DNA of 10,082 nucleotides from a virus (Duplodnaviria; Heunggongvirae; Uroviricota; Caudoviricetes): IMG/VR virus record IMGVR_UViG_2534681736_000023; one strand, 5' to 3'. Shown piece by piece: positions 1 to 6,996 of this stretch (position 1 is its first letter; each line of letters starts with the position of its first letter). The notes under the pieces were generated by a model. It saw only the letters and a program-made list of their open reading frames with translations, ran no database searches and was not told where the DNA came from. The position numbers and the translations under genes were made by a program.

Positions 1-30
1 CCATGTTTGCGCATGGCCGCCATACCCGTC

Positions 31-501
31 TTAGCTTTTCTTCACATGCTGGCGCGCTGCCAGTCCACGCAGAAAATAACGTAAAAATTGATCGCCGCAT
101 TCGCGGAAGTTTTTATGATCCGGTGCACGCATCATCGCCGTAATTTCCGGCATCGAAACGCGGAACTGCTGTTCGGTGAGGATCGCCAGAATGTCATCGG
201 TTTTCAGCGAAAACGCGATGCGTAATTTTTTCAGCACGATGTTGTTATTAATGCGACGTTCCGGCTCCAGTGCCGGAGCAGACTCATCCTTGCCGCGTTT
301 TTCATAAATCAGGCCATTGAGGAATGACGACAAAACAATGTCCGGACAACGCTGAAAACCCTCTTCGTCTTCTTTACGTAGCCAGACGGCGATCTGTTCC
401 GCGGTGGCTTCGACATTACCCAGCGCCAGTATACGCACCAGGTCATTATTATTGGCTTTCAAAATGTAGCGCACGCTGCGCAGAATATCGTTACTTAGCA
501 T
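31..501 (-). CDS. yehS: DUF1456-family protein YehS (156 aa)
   Basis: Track ORF 31..558 (-). The product from the internal Met (MLSNDILRSVRYILKANNNDLVRILALGNVEATAEQIAVWL...) matches my recollection of E. coli YehS. ATG is at 499-501 (revcomp) with a GAAGG Shine-Dalgarno 4 nt upstream; the longer 175-aa reading would overlap the btsR stop. TAA stop at 31-33. Synteny yehS-yehT-yehU-yehV supports the call. Confidence 0.8.
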   Translation of the reverse strand: MLSNDILRSVRYILKANNNDLVRILALGNVEATAEQIAVWLRKEDEEGFQRCPDIVLSSFLNGLIYEKRGKDESAPALEPERRINNNIVLKKLRIAFSLKTDDILAILTEQQFRVSMPEITAMMRAPDHKNFRECGDQFLRYFLRGLAARQHVKKS

Positions 502-547
502 GAGGCCTTCAGGTGTTGATGAGGCAAAAAGCCATTTTAGCAGTCTT

Positions 548-1267
548 TTACAGGCCAATCGCCTCTTTTAAGCTTTTCAGATAACGGCGGCTGACCGGCA
601 CGGTTAAGCCATTACGCAAAATCAACTCGGCCTGACCGTTATCTTCCAGACGAATCTCCTGTAAATGCGCGAGGTTAACCAGATACTGACGATGGCAGCG
701 CAGTAGTGGTGTACGACTTTCCAGGGTACGTAATGTCAATTCGGTAAAGCCCTCTTTCCCTTCGTGGCTGGTAACGTAGACACCGCTCATCCGACTGCTG
801 ACAAATGCCACATCTTTCATTTGCAGCAAATAAATCCGACTATGCCCCGTACAAGGGATAAATTTCAGCGCCTGTTGATTTTCCGGTAACAGCGAAACAT
901 CCTGCTTGCTGCGCTCCTGACGCAATCGCGCCAGCGTTTTCTCCAGTCGCGCTTCATCAATTGGCTTCAGCAGATAGTCAAAGGCATGTTCTTCAAAGGC
1001 TTTAATAGCGTATTCGTCAAACGCGGTGAGAAAAACAATATACGGACGATGTTCCGGGTCGAGCATCCCCACCATTTCCAGACCACTGATGCGCGGCATC
1101 TGGATATCGAGAAACAGCACATCCGGGCGCAGTTTATGCACCGCGCCGATCCCTTCCACGGCGTTTGAACACTCACCAACGATTTCAATATCGCTCTGCT
1201 CCTGCAAAAATACGCGCAGGTTCTCCCGTGCTAACGGTTCATCATCGACAATTAAGACTTTAATCAT
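548..1267 (-). CDS. btsR: LytTR-family response regulator BtsR/YehT (239 aa)
   Basis: Track ORF 548..1282 (-). The receiver domain starts [17 protein letters not shown] with the ...LFLDIQMP... signature, followed by a C-terminal LytTR DNA-binding domain. The start is chosen at the 6th codon (ATG revcomp 1265-1267), which gives 239 aa and the ATGA overlap with the btsS stop. Recognised as E. coli YehT/BtsR. Confidence 0.9.
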
Positions 1268-2949
1268 GCCTCGTCCCTCCATGGTAGTCGTAACGTTATT
1301 CGGGTGTAACTATCAGGCTCACAGGCGACGCTTATCCCATAGTCATCGCCAAACCGTTCACGTAAACGCTTATCCACCAGATTCATCCCCAGCCCACTGG
1401 CATTGGTTACCGGTTGATACAAACCGGCATTGTCTTCGATCTCCAGCATCAAATGTTGCCCCTCACGTCGGACGCTGATTGCCACTCGCCCTGTATCCAG
1501 CAGTTGTGATGTCCCATGTTTAATGGCGTTTTCCACTATCGGTTGCAGGGTAAACGCGGGCAATTGCTGCTGGGATAATTCTTGCGGAATAGCAATGTTG
1601 ACCTGCAACCGCGACTGGAAGCGCGCCTTTTCAATTTGCAGATAAGCATTCACATGTTCAATTTCGTCGGCGAGAGTAACAAACTCCGAAGGCCGCTTTA
1701 AGTTTTTGCGGAAAAAAGTGGAAAGATACTGCACCAGCTGGCTGGCCTGTTCGCTGTCGCGACGGATCACCGCTTTAATGGTGTTAAGCGCATTAAACAA
1801 AAAATGGGGGTTCACCTGGGCGTGAAGCAGTTTGATCTCTGACTGGGTGAGCATCGCTTTTTGCCGCTCATATTGCCCGGCGAGGATCTGCGCCGAAAGC
1901 AGTTGCGCAATCCCCTCGCCCAGCGTGCGGTTGATTGAACTAAATAAACGGTTTTTGGCTTCATACAATTTGATGGTGCCCATCACCCGCTGATTTTCAC
2001 CACGCAACGGAATTACCAGCGTCGACCCCAGTTTGCATTGCGGATGCAAAGAGCAACGATAAGGTACTTCGTTGCCATCAGCGTAGACCACTTCACCGGT
2101 TTCAATCGCTTTTAAAGTATAAGTTGAAGAAATCGGTTTGCCGGGTAAATGGTGGTCGTCACCAATTCCGGTAAAGGCCAGCAATTTCTCTCGATCGGTA
2201 ATCGCGACTGCACCAATATCCAGCTCCAGATACAGCACCTGAGCCACTTTCATGCTGTTCACTTCGTTAAACCCCTGGCGCAAAATGCCTTCCGTCGAGG
2301 CTGCCACTTTCAGCGCAGTGGCAGAAAAAGCCGAAGTGTATTTTTCAAACATCGCGCGTTTATCGAGCAATATACGCATAAACAGCGCCGCGCCGACGGT
2401 ATTGGTGACCATCATTGGCGCAGCAATATTACTCACCAGACGCACCGCATCTTCATAAGGTCGGGCGATCGCCAGGATGATCAGCATTTGCACCATTTCA
2501 GCGACGAACGTGACGGCACCAGCGGTAATGGGGTTAAAGACTTTATCAGTGCGCCCGCGACGGATCAGGATGCTGTGTACCAGGCCGCCGAGCAATCCTT
2601 CAACGATGGTCGAGATCATGCAACTTAGCGCGGTCATGCCCCCCATCGAATATCGATGTAACCCGCCGGTCAGGCCAACCAGCCCACCGACGACCGGACC
2701 GCCGAGTAAGCCGCCCATTACCGCGCCTATCGCACGGGTATTGGCAATAGAATCGTCAATGTGCAACCCAAACCAGGTGCCCATGATGCAGAAGATGGAA
2801 AAGACGATGTAGCAGAGAAATTTATGCGGCAGACGAACCGTGACCTGCATTAACGGTATGAATAATGGCGTTTTACTCATTAACCACGCAATGACTAAAA
2901 AAACGCACATCTGCTGAAGCAGCAGCAACACCAGATTAAAATCGTACAT
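1264..2949 (-). CDS. btsS: LytS-type sensor histidine kinase BtsS/YehU (561 aa)
   Basis: Track ORF 1264..2964 (-). The N-terminus is multi-pass hydrophobic (5TM-Lyt-like), followed by a GAF-like region and a His-kinase core ([16 protein letters not shown]...; ...IEDNAGL...). The start is chosen at [13 protein letters not shown] (revcomp ATG 2947-2949), giving 561 aa. The stop overlaps the btsR start by 4 bp (ATGA). Confidence 0.9.
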
Positions 2950-3170
2950 ACCCGCAAACCACACATCCCTTTAAAACGCGTAACATACATTGCCTGCGTT
3001 TAACTTTCTTTGAACTCTTGCAGAAAAATGAGAATTCGTGAGTACGATCACTCAAAATCGCCTGGCAAAAATAAAATCACCCTATAAATGCACAAAAAAC
3101 GGGCAAAACTACCTGGTTCGCAAAACTGCGTCTAAAGTTAAACCGGGACCTCGCGAGCAAGGGTGAGACG

Positions 3171-3239
3171 ATGGCGCTTTACACAATTGGTGAAGTGGCG
3201 TTGCTTTGTGATATTAACCCTGTCACGTTACGCGCGTGA
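3171..3239 (+). pseudogene. mlrA: 5' remnant of the MerR-family regulator gene mlrA/yehV (22 codons then TGA); gene interrupted by prophage integration
   Basis: The ATG at 3171 is preceded by a GGGTGAG Shine-Dalgarno sequence. Translation gives MALYTIGEVALLCDINPVTLRA, then TGA at 3237-3239. This is the first half of a MerR-type HTH (xTIGEVA...TLR), which in intact MlrA continues W-Q-R-R-Y-G-L-L. Sequence downstream of ~3238 is AT-rich and unrelated to the gene. Confidence 0.8.
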
Positions 3240-3397
3240 CGCAACATTTTTAAAAATCGACGAAGATCGTCCAGGAGCGCCGTTTTTCAAGGGTTGGATA
3301 GATGATTCGTTTACCATGTCGACGAACTTCGACGAATTTCGCCGATAAAAAGTGTCCCATACATGCCCCATTGATGCCCCATAAACAATATCAGGAA

Positions 3398-3448
3398 TTG
3401 ACACTGGTTATCCATACAGATAAAAATAACACCTGTATATAACCACAG
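3398..3448 (+). promoter_or_regulatory. Sigma70-like promoter with LexA (SOS) box upstream of the dinI-like gene
   Basis: A perfect -35 hexamer TTGACA lies at 3398-3403, with a weak -10 candidate TAAAAA about 17 bp downstream. The 16-mer CTGTATATAACCACAG at 3433-3448 fits the LexA box CTGT-N8-ACAG (CTG-N10-CAG), followed by an AGGAGG Shine-Dalgarno sequence at 3453-3458. Confidence 0.55.
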
Positions 3449-3463
3449 TTACAGGAGGGTGTT

Positions 3464-3712
3464 ATGCGTGTTGAGATCTGTATTGCTAAAGAAAAAATCA
3501 GCAAAATGCCAAAAGGTTCTGTTCCTGCCCTACAGCAAGAAATGCTGCGACAAATCAGTAAGCGTTATGACGATGTAGAAGTGATCGTTAAATCTGCCAG
3601 CAATGATGGACTCACTATTTTAAGAGCCGTGGATAAAGAATCCGCGCAAGAGTTTGTACAAGAAACGCTTCAAAATGTCTGGGAAACAGCGGACGACTGG
3701 TTTATTCACTGA
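3464..3712 (+). CDS. dinI: DinI-family protein (prophage-encoded, 82 aa)
   Basis: Track ORF 3464..3712. [12 protein letters not shown]...[11 protein letters not shown] carries the DinI family hallmarks (N-terminal MR-E--IAK and C-terminal ETWE-ADDWF motif). A strong AGGAGG Shine-Dalgarno sequence sits 5 nt upstream and a LexA box precedes it. Confidence 0.85.
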   Translation: MRVEICIAKEKISKMPKGSVPALQQEMLRQISKRYDDVEVIVKSASNDGLTILRAVDKESAQEFVQETLQNVWETADDWFIH

Positions 3713-3947
3713 CTAAAAAACGTCAACATGCAGAAAACTCGCTATATCCGGCAAAAATGGCATCGCGAATGAAGCATGCAACCGCGCCCGGACAAAATAC
3801 GGACTTCCGGAAATATGAAAAATCATCCATATCAACAGGATGCACGAAAAATGAGATTTCCGTCACTTCCGGAATTAACTTTTCCGTGGCATTCTTTATC
3901 TGTGTAGGTAAGGTCTCTTCACAATAATGACATAATCAACGCAGTTC

Positions 3948-3977
3948 ATGGGGGAAGTGATGGTCCCCCATCTTTTT
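3948..3977 (+). terminator. Rho-independent terminator (plus-strand orientation)
   Basis: An 8-bp stem ATGGGGGA (3948-3955) pairs with TCCCCCAT (3964-3971) around an 8-nt loop, followed by CTTTTTGTCTGTTATTT. No T-run follows on the opposite strand, so it is mainly a plus-strand terminator. Confidence 0.5.
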
Positions 3978-4086
3978 GTCTGTTATTTCTCCCCCCTGTA
4001 TGCCTGTATCTCATCTGCACTGCTCAGCGTTTCCAGCCCCTTACCGTGCTACACTGGCGGTTCTCACCTGACTGCCGTCGTTCTCT

Positions 4087-6153
4087 TCACGATATACGCT
4101 GAAACAGCCCCACACAGTAAGGATATATTGAACTGACCTGAAGTGGACTACAGACCCGCCATGTTCCTGGCAGTGTATTACCGGTTAATGTGGCTGCTTT
4201 CTGAGAGCCCAGTTGAATGCTACATTCTCTCAGTTTACTTCCCGCAAGCACGGCACCTGCGGCATATTTTTCACTGTTACTTATACTGGCCTGAGCAAAG
4301 ACAAATGCCCCAACAGCATGCAAACCACCTGCCGGTGAGCCAGCTGGTCCCTGTGGGCCTGTTGCCCCCCGGGGACCGGGATCACCTTTATCCCCTTTTG
4401 GTCCCTGTGGCCCGGTTGCGCCGGTGGCTCCTTTCTCACCTTTTGCCCCAGGAGCGCCAGTATCCCCCTTTGGTCCCTGAGGACCGGGATCACCTTTATC
4501 CCCTTTAGCTCCCTGTGGCCCGGTTGCGCCGGTGGCACCTTTCTCACCCTTTGCCCCGGGAGCGCCAGTATCCCCCTTTGGTCCCTGAGGGCCAGGATCT
4601 CCTTTATCCCCTTTTGGTCCCTGTGGCCCGGTTGCGCCGGTGGCTCCTTTCTCACCCTTTGCCCCGGGAGCGCCAGTATCCCCCTTTGGTCCCTGAGGGC
4701 CGGGATCACCTTTATCCCCTTTTGCTCCCTGTGGCCCGGTTGCGCCGGTGGCTCCTTTCTCACCTTTTGCCCCGGGAGCGCCAGTATCCCCCTTTGGTCC
4801 CTGAACGCCCCCCGGCCCAGCCGGACCTGCTGGCCCCGTGTCCCCTTTATCTCCTTTCGGACCGGGAACACCACCTCCTGCAGCAGCCTCTTCTGCCTTT
4901 GTTTTCGCTTCATTTGCCACATCCATTGCCGCCTTCACGGCCTTCGGCGTGGCTGCCTTTGTTTCGTCATTACTGTTAGTATCACTGCTTAACTGCACCA
5001 CGCCTTTCTGCGTCGTGCTGGCATCCCGCTGGCTGACCGTATCCGGTTTGTTCTTTGTGCTGTAATCCACCCGCCAGTGGAAATACTGTGTGTCGCCGTA
5101 AACCGTACAGGTACAGACCGTGCCATTAATAAACCCCGTTGCACCGTATTCGCCAATGGTGACCCGGACTATGGCTGCCTCATACTTCCCCATCACCTCA
5201 ATGACACAGCCACCCAGATTAAGTTTTCCCGGTCCGACATCCGTGATGACCTTATTGAATCCCGCATGCAGTGATGCCTTCATCATCCAGTAAGGCTGGT
5301 CAAATGCCCCTTTGGCTTTCAGCCAGGCGACAAACTCGGTCGTGGTCCATTCACCGGCCCCCGTATGAATGTCCCGCCCGTATACTCTGGCTGCTCCCAC
5401 AGTGTTCAGAAACTGCACCTTATCCGGAATATCGTCACCGTTTTTCGCTTTCTCCAGGCATCCGTCCGCTTTGTCCATTGCCGCTTTCACCGCTTTCGGG
5501 GTGGCTGCCTTCGTTTCATCATCACTGTCCGTTGCGCTGCTTAACTGCACAATTCCCTTCTGTGCCGTCGTCGCATCCGGTCCTCCCGGCTCGCCTTTTT
5601 CGCCCTTCTCTCCCCGTTCACCTTTCACACCCTGAAGCCCCTGTGGTCCTGTCTCACCACGCTCACCCTTTGGCCCCCGCTCGCCGGTATCGCCTTTTGG
5701 CCCGGGAATACCCTGTGGCCCCGTGTCTCCCTTATCCCCCTTCGGTCCCCGCGCATTCTCTGCCCGTTTCTTCGCTTCCTCTGCACTCGCCGCTGACGCT
5801 TCTGCACGTTTCAGGATTTCCGCGGCCACTGCCTCCAGCTCTGCAAGGGCTTTCGGGTAATACTGTGCGTCCTCCAGGTCCATCAGAAATTTATTCAGCG
5901 TTCCCGGTGCAGAGTCCGCCTTCACCAGAATGTCACCCACATATGACGGCGCGTACCCTTCCGTGTTCAGCGTCACCCGGTACAGACCCGGCTCAACATC
6001 CATACTGTAACTGCCGGTTTCCCCCGGCTGACCATACGCCACCGTGGTGACAATCACCGTCTCCGTTGTGCGTCGCGCTTTCAGCTCTATCGTGCATCCC
6101 GGTACCGGCTTACCGGCCCCGTCCTTCAGCACACCAGAAATTTTAACCGTCAT
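4087..6153 (-). CDS. stf: Side tail fiber protein (Stf-like) with collagen-like Gly-X-Y repeats (688 aa)
   Basis: Track ORF 4087..6153 (-). The N-terminus [29 protein letters not shown]... resembles the lambda Stf N-terminus as I recall it ([12 protein letters not shown]...). It has two collagen-like tracts ([13 protein letters not shown]...) and two copies of the phage tail-fibre repeat motif (QKG(I/V)VQLSS...[15 protein letters not shown]). A GGTGGA Shine-Dalgarno sequence lies 6 nt before the ATG. Confidence 0.85.
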   Translation of the reverse strand: MTVKISGVLKDGAGKPVPGCTIELKARRTTETVIVTTVAYGQPGETGSYSMDVEPGLYRVTLNTEGYAPSYVGDILVKADSAPGTLNKFLMDLEDAQYYPKALAELEAVAAEILKRAEASAASAEEAKKRAENARGPKGDKGDTGPQGIPGPKGDTGERGPKGERGETGPQGLQGVKGERGEKGEKGEPGGPDATTAQKGIVQLSSATDSDDETKAATPKAVKAAMDKADGCLEKAKNGDDIPDKVQFLNTVGAARVYGRDIHTGAGEWTTTEFVAWLKAKGAFDQPYWMMKASLHAGFNKVITDVGPGKLNLGGCVIEVMGKYEAAIVRVTIGEYGATGFINGTVCTCTVYGDTQYFHWRVDYSTKNKPDTVSQRDASTTQKGVVQLSSDTNSNDETKAATPKAVKAAMDVANEAKTKAEEAAAGGGVPGPKGDKGDTGPAGPAGPGGVQGPKGDTGAPGAKGEKGATGATGPQGAKGDKGDPGPQGPKGDTGAPGAKGEKGATGATGPQGPKGDKGDPGPQGPKGDTGAPGAKGEKGATGATGPQGAKGDKGDPGPQGPKGDTGAPGAKGEKGATGATGPQGPKGDKGDPGPRGATGPQGPAGSPAGGLHAVGAFVFAQASISNSEKYAAGAVLAGSKLRECSIQLGSQKAATLTGNTLPGTWRVCSPLQVSSIYPYCVGLFQRIS
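4381..4812. repeat. 108-bp tandem repeat x4, near-identical, encoding 36-aa collagen-like units inside stf
   Basis: Unit starts at 4381, 4489, 4597 and 4705 (ATC(A/T)CCTTTATCCCCTTT...) give an exact 108-bp period with only a few substitutions between units. Each encodes (G-X-Y)12, e.g. [22 protein letters not shown](A/P)[13 protein letters not shown]. Confidence 0.8.
4921..5027. repeat. Intragenic direct repeat copy 1 (~105 bp), encoding the phage tail-fibre repeat motif
   Basis: Aligns at roughly 80% identity, by eye, with 5473-5578 (shared ...TCCATTGCCGC(C/T)TTCAC-G-(C/T)TTCGG-GTGGCTGCCTT...GCTTAACTGCAC...). Encodes [33 protein letters not shown]. Confidence 0.6.
5473..5578. repeat. Intragenic direct repeat copy 2 (~105 bp), encoding the phage tail-fibre repeat motif
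   Basis: Partner of 4921-5027, about 552 bp away. Encodes [33 protein letters not shown]. Confidence 0.6.
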
Positions 6154-6164
6154 ACCTTTCCACC

Positions 6165-6199
6165 AATAAAAAAGCCCGCAGCAGTAATGCCACGGGCTT
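6165..6199 (-). terminator. Rho-independent terminator downstream of lom, immediately upstream of the stf start
   Basis: On the minus strand the hairpin AAGCCCG...CGGGCTT (plus-strand arms 6172-6178 and 6193-6199, with an inner GCA/TGC pair) is followed by TTTTTTATT (complement of 6165-6173). It ends 12 nt before the stf ATG. Confidence 0.55.
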
Positions 6200-6304
6200 C
6201 AGGACAGTGTAACTTTACGTTTCCTCAGACGCAGTTCACTCCATAAGGTGTGATGAACATGCTCATTATACCAATATTTACAGAAGATAAAGCTGTATCT
6301 GCCG

Positions 6305-6928
6305 TCAGAAACGGTATCCAATCCCAACAATAAACGCATCCGTTCGCCAGTCACCATGACCGGCCACTTCGTACGCAAGGTCAACCGCCACCGTATCCGC
6401 CGGATTAAACTGAAGCCCTGCCCCCCATGCCAGCGTCAGATGACGTGCAGAATGGCCATCACTGGCAGTGGTGGTCACCCTGACATCCCCCGGTGTCACT
6501 TCATCACGCCGGTAATCCTGAACACTGTCAGACCAGCGGGTGTGCGCCATCCCGGCCATGCCATAAAGGCTGAGCTGCTCACTGACCTGCCAGACCGGCC
6601 CCGCCATCAGGCTCACATAACGGCCACGCAGACTTTCATAATGAAATGCCTTATCCCCGGTCATCGTGGTTCTGCTCTTTTTCGCAGAGGCGTAACTCAG
6701 CGAGGCTATGCCGCCCAGATGGTCCGTGAATTCATAACGGTATTTCACGTTGATCCCTTTTAAATCACCTGTACGGGCACCGGTACCGGACAATACCGGC
6801 ACGCCGCCCGGGTGAACCTGAGCATATCCCACGGAAAATGCACCGTGTCCGCCTGCAGCCTGTGCAGGAAAAGTCATTACTGCCGGCAGGGTAGTAAAAA
6901 ATAAAATGGCTCCGTATAAATACCGCAT
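6305..6928 (-). CDS. lom: Outer-membrane protein Lom (Ail/Lom/PagC family beta-barrel), 207 aa with signal peptide
   Basis: Track ORF 6305..6967 (-). The start is chosen at MRYLYGAILFFTTLPAVMTFPAQA (signal peptide; revcomp ATG 6926-6928) with an AAGAGG Shine-Dalgarno sequence upstream. The C-terminus ...GDWRTDAFIVGIGYRF and internal LKGINVKYRYE / FHYESLRGRYVS motifs resemble lambda Lom as I recall it. Confidence 0.85.
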   Translation of the reverse strand: MRYLYGAILFFTTLPAVMTFPAQAAGGHGAFSVGYAQVHPGGVPVLSGTGARTGDLKGINVKYRYEFTDHLGGIASLSYASAKKSRTTMTGDKAFHYESLRGRYVSLMAGPVWQVSEQLSLYGMAGMAHTRWSDSVQDYRRDEVTPGDVRVTTTASDGHSARHLTLAWGAGLQFNPADTVAVDLAYEVAGHGDWRTDAFIVGIGYRF

Positions 6929-6953
6929 GATTACCTCTTTGTTTTCAGTCAAT

Positions 6954-6977
6954 AAAAAAGGCACCACTTCGGGTGCC
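6954..6977 (-). terminator. Rho-independent terminator between J and lom
   Basis: On the minus strand GGCACC-CGAAGT-GGTGCC (plus-strand 6960-6977) is followed by a T6 run (complement of A6954-A6959), about 20 nt after the J stop. Confidence 0.55.
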
Positions 6978-6996
6978 CGTCCGGGTTAATAAACCG

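Noticed and set aside
502-558. Longer 175-aa start for yehS ([11 protein letters not shown]...)
   Set aside because: The extension would overlap the btsR stop and adds a non-conserved basic leader. The internal Met with an AAGG Shine-Dalgarno sequence gives the 156-aa protein I recognise.
967-2812. Short ORFs overlapping or antisense to btsR and btsS (967..1188, 986..1168, 1026..1478, 1430..1645, 2149..2628, 2252..2458, 2477..2812)
   Set aside because: They are embedded in conserved host genes with clear domain architecture; these are shadow ORFs.
3163-3348. 61-aa plus-strand ORF spanning the mlrA start and the junction
   Set aside because: It is out of frame with the genuine mlrA ATG at 3171 (which has a Shine-Dalgarno sequence and gives a recognisable MerR HTH), it has no ribosome-binding site of its own, and its product is low-complexity. 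It is an artefact of the junction.
3758-3928. ~56-aa plus-strand ORF in the dinI-stf gap ([14 protein letters not shown]...), found by hand translation
   Set aside because: It has no Shine-Dalgarno sequence, no recognisable domain, and lies in a region more consistent with regulatory or sRNA DNA. It could be revisited if ribosome profiling shows translation.
3948-4136. 62-aa plus-strand ORF (MGEVMVPHLFVCYF...)
   Set aside because: Its ATG is the first base of the terminator stem, it has no Shine-Dalgarno sequence, and it overlaps the 3' end of stf on the opposite strand. It is most likely non-coding.
4281-4922. 213-aa minus-strand ORF in an alternative frame of stf through the tandem repeats
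   Set aside because: It lies on the same strand as stf but in a shifted frame, confined to the repeat block. It is open only because the repeat lacks stops in that frame, and nothing suggests programmed frameshifting.
4143-6050. Several plus-strand ORFs antisense to stf (4143..4508, 4515..4979, 4838..5065, 5369..5635, 5271..6050), rich in Pro/Leu/Arg
   Set aside because: These are the complementary frames of GC-rich Gly-X-Y collagen codons, which naturally lack stop codons. Their products are repetitive and low-complexity, with no start signals.
6199-6384. 61-aa minus-strand ORF overlapping the 3' end of lom and the downstream terminator
   Set aside because: It overlaps lom in another frame and runs into the terminator hairpin. 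It has no ribosome-binding site and no family resemblance.
6929-6953. Possible lom promoter from the -35-like TTGACT (minus strand, 6947-6952)
   Set aside because: No acceptable -10 lies at 16-18 bp spacing before the ATG. The lom promoter, if any, must lie within the 3' end of J and cannot be pinpointed by eye.
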